Made by a program: the position numbers and the translations under genes. From Terriglobia bacterium (GTDB lineage Bacteria > Acidobacteriota > Polarisedimenticolia > Polarisedimenticolales > JAIQFR01): a stretch of DNA of 64,000 bases. Shown here in pieces: positions 19,811-29,996 of this stretch. Numbering within the stretch: position 1 is the first letter of the stretch; each line of letters starts with the position of its first letter. The notes under the pieces were generated by a model. It worked only from the letters and a program-made list of their open reading frames with translations, had not been told where the DNA came from and made no database searches. Where the stretch lies: NCBI GenBank assembly GCA_963748015.1, contig CAVVHE010000008.1, positions 576,001 through 640,000 on the forward strand. The letters run 5' to 3'.

Positions 19811-20812
19811 TCAGTTCGCCGCGTACACCACGAAATACTGCTCCGGGAGGAAGTCGAACGCCTTGACCGGCTTCAGCCCCCCGGCGGCCATGTCCGCGTC
19901 CACGCTCTCTCGCGACATCTGCTGCTCCGGGGGCGGCCCCCAAGGCCTCTCCTCGAACGGCTTCGGGATGTAGTCGATGATCACGAGCCGGCCGCCGGGG
20001 GCGAGCCCCGCGCGGAGCTTCTTCGCGTACTCGCCGCGGTTCTGCACGTAGTGGAGGGTGTCCACCATCAGGATCGTGTCCACCCCGCCGGGCGGGAGCT
20101 GCGGGTCGTCCTTCGAGACCTTCAGGAACTTCACGTTCGCGAGCTTCTCCGCCTTCACCCTCTTGTCGAGGTGCTCGAGCATCTCCGGGGCGATGTCCGC
20201 CGCGATGACGCTGCCCGCCGGGCCCACGGCTCTCGCGACGCGGACCGTGAAGTAGCCCGATCCCGCGCCGACGTCCGCCACGCGCTCGCCGGGCTTGAAC
20301 GCCAGGGCGCTCATGACCCGGTCGGGCTTCTGGAAGTCCTCGCGCTCCGGCCGCTCGAGCATCGCGATGTAGCTGCGCGCCCAGACCGCGCGGTAGATCC
20401 CCTTGAAGCGGTCCTCGTCCTTGATGCTCTTGAACGCGTCGTCCTTGCGCATCCTGAAGGAGTCCGGGAAGCCCGCGTCGGCCGCCCGCTGCAGCGCCTC
20501 GTAGGCCTCGTCTTTCCGGCCGAGGAGGCACTTCGCGCGCGCGATGTCGTAGAGCGCCTCGAAGTGGGACGCCTCGACCGCCTCGGCCCGCTTCTCGGCA
20601 AGCTCGAGAGCGAGGGTGAAGTTGCCGGCTTTGAACGCCTCCTCCGAGGCCTTCTCGAGCTTGCCGAGGTCCGGTGCCACGGCATCGCCCGCCCACGATG
20701 CGGTGGCCGCCGCGATCATCACGATCGCGACCGCGAGTCCCGGAAGGAGCCCGGCGCTCCCCCGCACCCTGCCCGAAACCGTCCCGAAGTACTCCGTCGT
20801 CGTGCGTCTCAT
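19811..20812 (-). CDS. Exported class I SAM-dependent methyltransferase with TPR-like N-terminus
   Basis: Signal peptide (ASWA|G); VADVGAGSGYF motif I; GGRLVIIDY. Confidence 0.88.
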   Translation of the reverse strand: MRRTTTEYFGTVSGRVRGSAGLLPGLAVAIVMIAAATASWAGDAVAPDLGKLEKASEEAFKAGNFTLALELAEKRAEAVEASHFEALYDIARAKCLLGRKDEAYEALQRAADAGFPDSFRMRKDDAFKSIKDEDRFKGIYRAVWARSYIAMLERPEREDFQKPDRVMSALAFKPGERVADVGAGSGYFTVRVARAVGPAGSVIAADIAPEMLEHLDKRVKAEKLANVKFLKVSKDDPQLPPGGVDTILMVDTLHYVQNRGEYAKKLRAGLAPGGRLVIIDYIPKPFEERPWGPPPEQQMSRESVDADMAAGGLKPVKAFDFLPEQYFVVYAAN

Positions 20813-20921
20813 GGTGTCGCCTCCGGTTCGAGGGCATCCGCCCGGCCGGGGGATTCCCGGCGCCATTGGATACGGGAGCCTCCTTCCGTGGTTGCACCTC
20901 GGCCGGTCGTGGCCCCGGGGC

Positions 20922-22415
20922 TCAGCCCGGCCGGCCCAGCCAGGGGGGACGGCGGTTCGCGTAGAACCGGCTCAGGGCGCGGGCACGGCCCACCTGGTAG
21001 GCGACCGCCGTCCCGATGAGCAGGATGGCGAGCACGAAGTACGCGTGACGATCCGCGTTGCGGGGGATGATCGCCTGCAGGGCGACGCGCCGGTAGTAGA
21101 AGTCCGCGACCAGCACGAGGTACGAGGCGACGGCCGCGGCCGTCGTGAACGCGACGACGCGGACACGGAGCCAGAGGCCGGACGCGACGACGAGGAGCGG
21201 GTAGAGGACGACCAGCGGGCTCGCGACCCCGTCGGCGAGGAGCAGGACCGTCGTCGTGCCCGCGACGTCCACGGCGCCCCAGGCGAGGATTCCGGCGAGC
21301 TCCCACCGCTCCCGCTTCAAGACCTGCTGGCAGCCGACCGACGCCGAGGCCCAGGCCAGCAGCACCAGCGACACGTCGCGGTGCCACTCGAGCGGGATCG
21401 TGCGGAACACGTGGTAGTTCGCCAGCTCCATCGCGTAGAAGACCGCCATGCCCGCGAGGTGCAGCGCGAGCGGCGGCTCGCGGCGGGACCACCGCGTGAC
21501 ACGCCGGACCGGTCCGGGAGGACGGGCCTCCACGGGCTCCCCCGCGAGGAACCGGTCGAGGTCCTCGCCCAGGGCGGCGGCCGACGGGTAGCGATCGTGG
21601 AGCGACTTCGCGAGGGAGCGCAGGCAGATCCACTCGAGATCGCGCGGCACTCGGCGGTTCAGCGCCCTCGGCGGGGGCGGGTCCTGCTCGATGACCTGGA
21701 CCAGCGTGTCCATCGCGGTCTCGGCGAGGAACGGGGGGCTTCCGGTCAGCAGCTCGTAGAGGATCGCGCCGAGGCTGTACACGTCGCTGCGCGGGCCGAC
21801 GTCGCGGAGCCGCCCCGCGGCCTGCTCGGGAGACATGTAGCACGGCGTGCCGGCGACCACGCTCGTGCGGGTAAGCGAAGCGTCGCCGAAGGCCTTCGCC
21901 AGGCCGAAGTCGGTCACGTAGGGCCGGCCCGCCTCGTCGAGGAGGATGTTCCCCGGCTTGAGGTCGCGGTGGACGACGCCGTGGCGATGGAGGTGCTCGA
22001 GCGCGCCCGCGATCACGCGGACCAAGCTCGCGGCGTCACGGATCCGCGGCCTCTCCGCGGCGATGGCGGCGGCGAGACTCCGGCCCCGCACGTACTCCAT
22101 CGCGATGTAGGGTTGGCCGCCGATCTCTCCCGTGTCGAAGATCTTGACGATGCCCGGGTGGGAGAGTCCCGCCGCGGAGCGCGCCTCGGCCTGGAACTTC
22201 CTCACCTCGTCGGGAGACGCGAACGGCCCGGAGAGGACGAGCTTCAGGGCCACCTCGCGGTCGAGCCGCTTCTGGCGCGCGCGGTAGACGACCCCCATCC
22301 CTCCGCGCCCGATCTCCCCGAGGAGCTCGTACTCGCCGAACTCGCGCGCGGGAAGGGGCGCGCCGGGCGGCTCCGCCGCGCCCTCGCCCGGTCCGGACGT
22401 GATCGTCGGATCCAT
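20922..22415 (-). CDS. Ser/Thr protein kinase with C-terminal multi-TM domain
   Basis: IGRGGMGVVY, VALK, HRDLKPGN, DFG and YMSPE; ~5 TM helices. Confidence 0.95.
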   Translation of the reverse strand: MDPTITSGPGEGAAEPPGAPLPAREFGEYELLGEIGRGGMGVVYRARQKRLDREVALKLVLSGPFASPDEVRKFQAEARSAAGLSHPGIVKIFDTGEIGGQPYIAMEYVRGRSLAAAIAAERPRIRDAASLVRVIAGALEHLHRHGVVHRDLKPGNILLDEAGRPYVTDFGLAKAFGDASLTRTSVVAGTPCYMSPEQAAGRLRDVGPRSDVYSLGAILYELLTGSPPFLAETAMDTLVQVIEQDPPPPRALNRRVPRDLEWICLRSLAKSLHDRYPSAAALGEDLDRFLAGEPVEARPPGPVRRVTRWSRREPPLALHLAGMAVFYAMELANYHVFRTIPLEWHRDVSLVLLAWASASVGCQQVLKRERWELAGILAWGAVDVAGTTTVLLLADGVASPLVVLYPLLVVASGLWLRVRVVAFTTAAAVASYLVLVADFYYRRVALQAIIPRNADRHAYFVLAILLIGTAVAYQVGRARALSRFYANRRPPWLGRPG

Positions 22416-22447
22416 GCACCGCCCCCCGCGAGGACCGCTCGCGCGCG

Positions 22448-23842
22448 TTACCCGAGGATACCCGAATCCGACTCCAGGAGACGCGCCGGCACGGTCGCCG
22501 GGCGCGCGGAGCGGGCGGGATTCCTCCCGACGATCCCTTCGCGACGGTTGTCGTAGCGGTAGGTCAGGCCCAGCCGCAGGCCGACCCAGGCCGCCGCGGG
22601 GCCGAGGGCGAAGAACGAGCGGGCGAAGCGGAGCAGGATCCGGTCGAGGCGGTAGAAGCTGGCGTAGAGCCAGTCCGCGCCGTCCTGCAGCTCCCGCGGC
22701 GTCATGCGAGCCGGCCGGATCACGCAGTGCCGGAAATCGTAGTGGCGGTAGTCGCGGTCGAGAACGCGCCCCTGCCTCTCGAACGCGTCGTAAAGCGGCG
22801 TGCCGGGCAGCGGCGTCATCACGTTGACCTGGACGGCGTCGATGCGGGCCCGCTCCAGGAATCGAAGCGTCCGCTCGAAGGTGCCGGTGTCGTCGCCGTC
22901 CATTCCCACGATCATCCCGGCGACGATACCGATCCCCGCCTTGCGGATGGCGGCGATCCTGCGCAGGTAACCGCCGCTGTCGTTGAACCCTTTCTCGACC
23001 GCGTCGAGGTTCTCGGCGCTCAGGGTCTCGATGCCGATGAAGAGGCCGACGCACCCCGCCTGCCTCGCCAGTCGCAGCAGGGCCGGGTCATCCGCGATCT
23101 CGAGGGAGCACTGCCCCACCCAGCGCTTCCGCAGGGGGGCCATGGCGCGAAAGAGCGCGCGGGCGTACTCGGGGTCGCGGACGATGTTGTCGTCCACGAA
23201 CATGAAATCGCGCGGGACGCCCTCGAGCTCGTCGAGGACCCGGTCGAGAGGACGGCTCCGGTGCCGCCCGCCGTGGAAGGCGGTGATCGAGCAGTACCGG
23301 CAGGCGTGGGAGCAGCCGCGGCCGGTCTCGACCGCGTGGACCGTCGCGTAGTGCCGCGCCGTGCGCTCGGTCAGCTCTCGGCGGGGGACCGGGATCTCCG
23401 ACGGGTCGCAGGGGCCGGGCCGCCGGTAGATCTTCCTCAGCCTCCCCGCCTCGATGTCCTCGAGGACCTCGGGCCAGCTCCCCTCCGCCTCGCCGGCGAC
23501 GACGGCGTCGAAGTGGGCCGCGGCCTCCTCCGGGCGGAACGTCGGATGGTAGCCGCCCGCGACGACGATCTTCCCCCGAGCGCGGAACGCGCCGGCGATC
23601 TCGTACGCGCGGGGGGCGAGGGCCGTCATGAACGTGATCCCGACCACGTCCACGTCGGCGTCGAGGTCGAGGGGCTCGACGTTCTCGTCGCAAAGGGCCA
23701 CCTCGTGCCGCCGCGGGGTGAGCGCCGCCACCGTGGTGAGCGGGAGAACGCTGAAGCGGAGCATGTTCCGCCTCGGAACGCGCCGGGTCTCCCCGGTGAC
23801 GCGGACCGCCTCGGCGGCGGGAAGGACCAGCAGGATCTTCAT
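22448..23842 (-). CDS. B12-binding-domain radical SAM protein
   Basis: GRGCSHACRYC (CxxxCxxC); VVAGGYHPT and GEAE in the N-terminal cobalamin-binding-like domain. Confidence 0.92.
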   Translation of the reverse strand: MKILLVLPAAEAVRVTGETRRVPRRNMLRFSVLPLTTVAALTPRRHEVALCDENVEPLDLDADVDVVGITFMTALAPRAYEIAGAFRARGKIVVAGGYHPTFRPEEAAAHFDAVVAGEAEGSWPEVLEDIEAGRLRKIYRRPGPCDPSEIPVPRRELTERTARHYATVHAVETGRGCSHACRYCSITAFHGGRHRSRPLDRVLDELEGVPRDFMFVDDNIVRDPEYARALFRAMAPLRKRWVGQCSLEIADDPALLRLARQAGCVGLFIGIETLSAENLDAVEKGFNDSGGYLRRIAAIRKAGIGIVAGMIVGMDGDDTGTFERTLRFLERARIDAVQVNVMTPLPGTPLYDAFERQGRVLDRDYRHYDFRHCVIRPARMTPRELQDGADWLYASFYRLDRILLRFARSFFALGPAAAWVGLRLGLTYRYDNRREGIVGRNPARSARPATVPARLLESDSGILG

Positions 23843-23872
23843 GGCGTGCCTCGCTCCCCCGGTGGGGCATTG

Positions 23873-23890
23873 TGTAAGTATATACTTACA
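23873..23890. promoter_or_regulatory. TetR operator 1
   Basis: Perfect palindrome TGTAAGTATATACTTACA upstream of the radical SAM gene. Confidence 0.75.
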
Positions 23891-23913
23891 TTTTGAAGAA
23901 AAAAAAGAGGCGC

Positions 23914-24504
23914 TCACGGCGCACCCCCATCCAGCAGGAGCCGCCCCCCCTCTTCGATGAGCCGAGCGCGGCGCCCGGCGGGGAAGAGGCCGATCTCGCG
24001 GCCGACCATCGCGATCGTGCCCAGGCCGACCAGCGCCCAGGCCACCAGCTCCGCGTCGGGGCCGCGGGGACCCCCGGCGAGCTTGCGGTGGGATTCGATG
24101 CGGCGCCGGATCCAGCGCTCGAACCGCCGGTAGGTGCCCTTGAGGTGCTCCCGGATCTCGGGATCGTCCGTCTCGGACAGCCCCGCGAAGAGGATGCGGT
24201 GCAGCCCGAGCTCGCCGAGGTGGCGCGACTCGTAGGCCAGCAGGCGGGTGGCGGCCGTTCCTTCCGGCCCCCCGGCCGCCTGCTCCTCCCAGATCTTCAC
24301 CGACCGGTCGTAGACGTAGCGCATGGCCGCGAGGAACATGGCCTTCTTGTCGGGCCAGAGGCGATAGAGGACGTTCTCGCGCACGCCGCAGAGCTTCGCC
24401 AGCGTCGCGGTCGTCGTGCGTCGGTAGCCGAGCCGGGCGAAGGCCTCCGCCACGATCGGCAGGAACGCCTCGCGCTTCTCGGCGGTCAGGTCGGGTCGTG
24501 CCAT
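23914..24504 (-). CDS. TetR family regulator
   Basis: EAFARLGYRRTTTATLAKLCGVRENVLYRLWPDK HTH; GGAGG RBS. Confidence 0.9.
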   Translation of the reverse strand: MARPDLTAEKREAFLPIVAEAFARLGYRRTTTATLAKLCGVRENVLYRLWPDKKAMFLAAMRYVYDRSVKIWEEQAAGGPEGTAATRLLAYESRHLGELGLHRILFAGLSETDDPEIREHLKGTYRRFERWIRRRIESHRKLAGGPRGPDAELVAWALVGLGTIAMVGREIGLFPAGRRARLIEEGGRLLLDGGAP

Positions 24505-24518
24505 CGGATCGCCTCCCG

Positions 24519-24548
24519 GTATTATGTAAGCAATCACTTACATAATAC
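24519..24548. promoter_or_regulatory. TetR operator 2 (autoregulatory)
   Basis: GTATTATGTAAG-caatca-CTTACATAATAC; same TGTAAG-N6-CTTACA core as 23873. Confidence 0.75.
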
Positions 24549-24715
24549 GCCGCGCCGGGGCCCTGTCAAGAGGAAAATGGCGAGGAGTCCCGGGGCGCCG
24601 GGACGGGCGCCCCGGCCCCTGTTTGTACCGCGCGCCCCGAGTCCCTACAATCCCCCTCCCCCTTCCAGGAGTCGTGCCGGTCTCCGAGTCCTCGGGGGTG
24701 GAACGGGAGCGCAAG

Positions 24716-25867
24716 GTGAAGCGAATCGCGGTGCTCGGCGGCGGGATGGTGGGCGGGTTCATGGCGCGGGAGCTCGCGCGGGCGGGCGGGTTCGCCGTGG
24801 TGCTCCACGACCGCGATCCCCACGCCCTCGCGCGATCGGCGCGGGCGGCCGGGATCGAGGTCAAGGAGACGGACCTCGCGCGCCGGGAGGCGGTCGCGAA
24901 GGCCGCGGCGGAGGCCGACCTCGTCGTCGGCGCCGTTCCGGGACACCTCGGCTTCGAGACCGCCCGGACGGTGATCGAGGCGGGGCGCAACCTCGTGGAC
25001 ATCTCTTTCTTCCCGGAGGATGCCTATGCGCTCGACGCCGCGGCGCGGGCGCGGGGGGTCACCGCCGTCGTGGACTGCGGCGTCATGCCGGGGCTCGGCG
25101 GCATGCTCGGCCTCCGCATGGCGGCGGAGCTGGATCGCGCGGATCGCGTCACGATTCTCGTCGGCGGGCTCCCCGTGGAGCGGCGCTGGCCGATGGAGTA
25201 CAAGGCGCCGTTCTCTCCGATCGACGTCATCGAGGAGTACGTGAGGCCCGCGCGGTTCCGCCTGAACGGCGAAACGGTGACCCGGCCGGCGCTGAGCGAT
25301 CCGGAGCTGGTGGACTTTCCCGGCATCGGCACGCTCGAGGCGTTCAACACAGACGGCCTCAGGACGCTCCTGACCACCTGCGACGTTCCGGAGCTCCGGG
25401 AGAAGACCCTTCGCTACCCCGGGCACGTCGAAAAGATGCGGATGCTCCGCGATCTCGGTTTCTTCTCCGAGGAGCCGCTCGACACCGAGGACGCGAAGGT
25501 CCGGCCCATCGCCGTCACCGCGCAGCTGCTGTTCGGAGCCTGGCGCCTCGAGCCGGGGATGCCCGAGCTGACCGTCATGCGCGTCGAGGCGGAGGGGCTC
25601 GAGGGCGGGCGCCGCGTGATCCGCCGCGCCGACCTGATCGACCGTACCGATACGGGAACCGGGGACACCTCGATGGCCCGCACGACCGGCCTCCCGGCGG
25701 TGATCGTCGCGCGGCGGATGGCCGAGGGGGCCGCGCTCCCCGCCGGCATCGTGCCCGCCGAGCTCATCGCGCGGGACCGGCCCATGTTCGACGGGCTGAT
25801 CTCGGATCTAGCGCGCCGGGGCGTGCGGATCTCGTTCGAGACCCTGGCCTCGGCGAAGACGCCGTGA
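24716..25867 (+). CDS. Saccharopine dehydrogenase / lysine 6-dehydrogenase family
   Basis: IAVLGGGMVG Rossmann motif; DCGVMPG, EAFNTDGLRTL, EKTLRYPGH and MARTTG. Confidence 0.9.
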   Translation: MKRIAVLGGGMVGGFMARELARAGGFAVVLHDRDPHALARSARAAGIEVKETDLARREAVAKAAAEADLVVGAVPGHLGFETARTVIEAGRNLVDISFFPEDAYALDAAARARGVTAVVDCGVMPGLGGMLGLRMAAELDRADRVTILVGGLPVERRWPMEYKAPFSPIDVIEEYVRPARFRLNGETVTRPALSDPELVDFPGIGTLEAFNTDGLRTLLTTCDVPELREKTLRYPGHVEKMRMLRDLGFFSEEPLDTEDAKVRPIAVTAQLLFGAWRLEPGMPELTVMRVEAEGLEGGRRVIRRADLIDRTDTGTGDTSMARTTGLPAVIVARRMAEGAALPAGIVPAELIARDRPMFDGLISDLARRGVRISFETLASAKTP

Positions 25868-25952
25868 GCGTCGGCGCGTTCCTCGAGATCGGCGAATTCG
25901 GCCTCCCGCCCGGCGGCCCTGCGCCGGGCGCGGAAGAGAAAGGACTCGCGAC

Positions 25953-28022
25953 ATGAAGCGGATGGGGATGGTGCTCCTCGGGGCGCTGGTGTCTTGCGCG
26001 ACGGCGACGGGTGCGGCGGCCGACGAAGGGATGTGGACGTACGACCGGGTGCCCACGAAGCTGCTCCAGGAGCGCTACGGCTTCGCCCCGGACGCCGCGT
26101 GGCTCGACCATCTGCGGCTGTCGTCGGTGCACCTCGGCGCCAGCGCGTCGTTCGTCTCGGCCGAAGGCCTCATCCTGACGAACCACCACGTCGCGCTCGG
26201 CTCCCTGCAGCGCCTCGCGACCCCCGAGAAGAACTACGTCCGCGACGGGTTCTACGCGAAGACCCGGGCCGAGGAGATCCCGATCGCCGGCCTCACCGCC
26301 GAGGTCCTCGTCTCGATGGAGGACGTGACCGCGCGCGTGGACGGCGCGGTGAAGCCCGGATCGTCCGCCGCCGATGCGAAGGCGCAGCACGACGGCAAGA
26401 TGGCCGAGATCTCCGAGGAGTGCCGGAAGAAAACCGGGCTCAAGGGGGACGTCGTGACGCTCTTCGGCGGGGCGAAGCACGTTCTCTACCGCTACAGGCA
26501 GTACACCGACGTCCGGCTGGTCTTCGCGCCCGAGCTCTCCGCGGCGTTCTTCGGCGGCGACTACGACAACTTCACGTATCCGAGGTACGACCTCGACGTC
26601 GCCTTCATGCGGGCGTACGAGAACGGCAAGCCGGCGCGCGTCGAGCATTTCCTCGCGGTGGAAGCCAAGGGCGCGGCCGACGGGGACGCCGTGTTCGTCT
26701 CCGGCCATCCCGGGAGGACGAGCCGGCTCGACACCGTCGCGATGCTCGAGTACCGGCGCGACGTCACCTCGCCCGCCAGGCTCGCACAGCTGAGGGAGCA
26801 GCGGGCGCTGCTGAGCGCCTACGGGGCCCGCGGCCCCGAAGAGGCGCGCCGCGCGCGGACGCGCGTCTACTTCATCGAGAACTCCCTCAAGAGACTGGAG
26901 GGGGAGACCGCCGGCCTGAACGACCCGGCGCTCGTGGCGCGGAAGAAGGCGCAAGAGGGAGCGCTGCTCGCGGCGCTCGACAAGACGCCGGGACTCGGAG
27001 GGTACCGCTCGGCGTGGAGCGACCTCGCGCGGGCGATGGCCTGGGCGCGCGAGCACGAGAAGGACCGCCTGTACAAGGTGAGCTTCGGGAGCCGCACGCT
27101 GCTCGGGACCGCGATCCAGATCCTCCGCTACCCGGACGAGCTCGCGAAGCCCGACGCCGATCGCCTCGAGCGCTACCACGAGGCCCAGCTTCCCGAACTT
27201 CTCCGCGAGCTCGAGAACCCGCCGCCGGTCCACAAGGACCTCGAGGAGGTCCTCCTCGCGTGGGAGCTCCGGAGGATGCTCGAGGGGCTCGGGCCGGACG
27301 ACCCGCTCGTCCGCGCGGCCCTCGAAGGGAAGTCGCCCGAGGAGGCCGTCTCGAGCCTGCTCGCCGCGACGAAGCTCGACGACGCGGCCTCCCGCCGCGC
27401 GCTCCTCGAGAACAAGGGGAAGGCCGTCGCGGCGAGCGACGACCCGCTCCTCAAGCTCGCGCGGCGCGTGGACCCGATGCTGCGCGACGCGCAGAAGCAG
27501 TTCAGGGACCGCGTGGACGCCGTCGTGGAGGAGGGGCTCACCTCCGTCGCGCGCGCCGGCTTCGCCGCCTACGGCGACGAGAGGTACCCGGACGCCACCG
27601 GCACGCTCCGCCTCGCCTTCGGCAAGGTGGCGGGGTATCCCCTCGCGACGACCCTCGTCCCGCCGTTCACCACGTACTACGGGCTCTTCGACCGGGCGCA
27701 CGCGTTCGGCAACCGCGGCGACTTCGCGCTCCCGCCCCGCCTCGAGGCGCGCAAGGCGGACGTGGCGCTGGCCACCCCCCTCGACTTCGCGAGCACCGCC
27801 GACATCACCGGCGGCAACTCCGGGAGCCCGATCGTCAACCGGGCCGGGCGCCTCGTCGGGCTGGTCTTCGACGGCAACCAGTTCAGCCACCCGAACACGT
27901 TCGTCTACGACGAGGCCACGGCGCGCTGCGTCGCGGTGGACGTCCGCGGCATCCTCGAGGCGCTCCGCAAGATCTACGATGCCGGCGCTCTCGCGGACGA
28001 AATGGAGGCCGCGCCGCGCTGA
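25953..28022 (+). CDS. S46 family dipeptidyl peptidase
   Basis: Signal peptide then ADEGMW; TNHH, YPDATGTLR and DITGGNSGSP. Confidence 0.95.
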   Translation: MKRMGMVLLGALVSCATATGAAADEGMWTYDRVPTKLLQERYGFAPDAAWLDHLRLSSVHLGASASFVSAEGLILTNHHVALGSLQRLATPEKNYVRDGFYAKTRAEEIPIAGLTAEVLVSMEDVTARVDGAVKPGSSAADAKAQHDGKMAEISEECRKKTGLKGDVVTLFGGAKHVLYRYRQYTDVRLVFAPELSAAFFGGDYDNFTYPRYDLDVAFMRAYENGKPARVEHFLAVEAKGAADGDAVFVSGHPGRTSRLDTVAMLEYRRDVTSPARLAQLREQRALLSAYGARGPEEARRARTRVYFIENSLKRLEGETAGLNDPALVARKKAQEGALLAALDKTPGLGGYRSAWSDLARAMAWAREHEKDRLYKVSFGSRTLLGTAIQILRYPDELAKPDADRLERYHEAQLPELLRELENPPPVHKDLEEVLLAWELRRMLEGLGPDDPLVRAALEGKSPEEAVSSLLAATKLDDAASRRALLENKGKAVAASDDPLLKLARRVDPMLRDAQKQFRDRVDAVVEEGLTSVARAGFAAYGDERYPDATGTLRLAFGKVAGYPLATTLVPPFTTYYGLFDRAHAFGNRGDFALPPRLEARKADVALATPLDFASTADITGGNSGSPIVNRAGRLVGLVFDGNQFSHPNTFVYDEATARCVAVDVRGILEALRKIYDAGALADEMEAAPR

Positions 28023-28036
28023 CGCGCCAGAGGTAC

Positions 28037-28200
28037 GCCGGGAGCCCGCGAGAGCGATCGACCCCTCGCGGCACGCTTCGGCGTTGCGCGGCGAGGGTCG
28101 CCGCGCCGCCTCGCTCCGCTCTTCGCTCGGCCGTCCAGGGAAGAGACGGCCTCGCGAAGAGAGGGCCGCGAGGGGTCGATCGCTCTCGCGGGCTCCCGGC
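28037..28200. repeat. Long-palindrome intergenic element, family A copy 1
   Basis: 36-bp perfect inverted arms (28037-72/28165-200) around a ~90-bp core shared with 40553-40726. Confidence 0.85.
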
Positions 28201-28283
28201 CGCTTCCGGATTGGAGGTCGGTCGGCGATGCTCGCCGGGTTCTCGCGGTCGACCGCGGTTGTCGCTCCCGGCGAATTCCCTGC

Positions 28284-29996
28284 CTAACGGCCTTCAGCCA
28301 CCAGCGCGAGGTTCTCGCGGCGGCGGGTGACGACGCGGGAGGCGGGGCCGAGGAGGGCGTGGCCGGCCGCGAGGGCGATGACGGCCCAGGCGGACACCAG
28401 GAGCAGCGCCAGCGTCGGGCTCTTGAACGCCGCGAGGCCGAGGGCCGCGAGACCGGCGGGGGGCAGGCCGAGAGCGAGGGAGAGGAGGCCGCCCACGAGG
28501 CTCGCGGTCGGGTGGGGGTTCCCGGAGCGGCCGATCCTGCCGAGGTCCGCCGCCTTCGGGAACAGCGCGGAGAACGCTGCCGCCGCGGGCATCAGGAGGG
28601 CCAGGATCGAGGCCGCGCCGATCGCCGCGGAGAGCCAGTACGCGGGGTGGGCGCGCGGCCCGAGCGCGATGCCGACGCCGGCGCACAGCGCGAAGGTCAG
28701 TCCCCACAGCAGCGTCAGACCCGCCGCCTTGCCCCGCACGAGATCGCGATCCGACAGGGGCGAGAGGAACTGGAGCGACAGGCCGCTCCGGTCGGTCGCG
28801 AACTGGTTGAGCAGGAACGGGTGCAGCGCGATCACGGAGAACAGCGCCGTAGCCCACGGGAGGAGCGCGCCGCCGAGCGTCGGCAGCCCCGAGCCCTCGG
28901 GATCGACCCGGCCGCCTCGAGCCCCCATGAACGCCAGCACGCCGAGCGCGACCGGCGTGAAGAACACCGCGCTCTTCCCCCGCACCGTGCGCAGGACGAG
29001 GCGCACCTCGGCGAGCGCGACCGCCGAAACGCCAGGCGAGAGCCCCGGGACTCGGGCGAGGAACAGGTTCCGCCGCTCGGCGTGCCGTTTGCCGCCGCCT
29101 CCGGCGGGGGTCTCCAGCAGCCGGCGGTAAGCCATCCACGAGACGAGGTAGAGCACGGCGGCGCTTCCGGCGAGTCCGGCGACCGGGACGACCGCGCCCG
29201 CGGCTTCGCCCGCGAGGCTGCGCTCGAGTGCCGCGGCGTAGAGCTCCGACGGCGCTCCCCGCGTCCAGGCTGGAAGCTCGAGGCGAGGGCGCGCGTCGGC
29301 CTCGCCGCGCGGCGCGCGCTCGACCCGCTCTCCGGGATTCCGATGGCGCGACGGGGGCGAGAGCAGCATCGGGAGGAATCCCGCCACCGAGAGCACGGCG
29401 ACGAACAGGAGCGTGACCCACTCGCCCCGCCGGCGGTTGCGCAGGAGCAGCGCGATGACGAACGACGACGCGCTGGCGAGAGCCGCGAGGACGAGCGCGA
29501 GCGTCACGCCGGCCGCGAGGACCGCCGCCCCCGCCGCGAGCGAGCCCGAGAGGAGGAGGCCCGCCGGCAGGGCCGCGAGCGACGGGAGCACCGCGAGGAT
29601 CCAAGGATCGGCCAGGCCGGCCCCGAGCTCCGCGAGGTGCAGGACCCTCCGGGGGATGGGGAGCAGCACGAGCCGGGCGAGGCCGAGGGTGGCCCCCTGG
29701 ATCGAGCGCACGAGCGGGCCGATGAGGACCGCGAACGTGAGCACCGCCAGGAGCGCGCGCGGCACGATGCCGAGCACGACGCGGGCGGTGTCCGATCGCG
29801 CCGCGAGGAACCCTCCGGCGAAGGCGGCGGCCGCGAGCGTCAGCACCGTCGGGATCGCGAGCACCGCCAGGAAAGCGGGGACGGCGACGGCGGCCAGCCG
29901 CGAGGCCCGCTCGAGGGAATCGCGGCGGCTCTTGCGGAACCCGTTGAGGAGGAGACGCCAGCGCAGCCACGCCAGCGCGCGGAGAGCCCGTATCAT
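28284..29996 (-). CDS. ABC transporter permease (putative exporter)
   Basis: Many TM segments; ATGA coupling to the upstream ATPase; starts MIRALRALAWLRWRL. Confidence 0.85.
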   Translation of the reverse strand: MIRALRALAWLRWRLLLNGFRKSRRDSLERASRLAAVAVPAFLAVLAIPTVLTLAAAAFAGGFLAARSDTARVVLGIVPRALLAVLTFAVLIGPLVRSIQGATLGLARLVLLPIPRRVLHLAELGAGLADPWILAVLPSLAALPAGLLLSGSLAAGAAVLAAGVTLALVLAALASASSFVIALLLRNRRRGEWVTLLFVAVLSVAGFLPMLLSPPSRHRNPGERVERAPRGEADARPRLELPAWTRGAPSELYAAALERSLAGEAAGAVVPVAGLAGSAAVLYLVSWMAYRRLLETPAGGGGKRHAERRNLFLARVPGLSPGVSAVALAEVRLVLRTVRGKSAVFFTPVALGVLAFMGARGGRVDPEGSGLPTLGGALLPWATALFSVIALHPFLLNQFATDRSGLSLQFLSPLSDRDLVRGKAAGLTLLWGLTFALCAGVGIALGPRAHPAYWLSAAIGAASILALLMPAAAAFSALFPKAADLGRIGRSGNPHPTASLVGGLLSLALGLPPAGLAALGLAAFKSPTLALLLVSAWAVIALAAGHALLGPASRVVTRRRENLALVAEGR

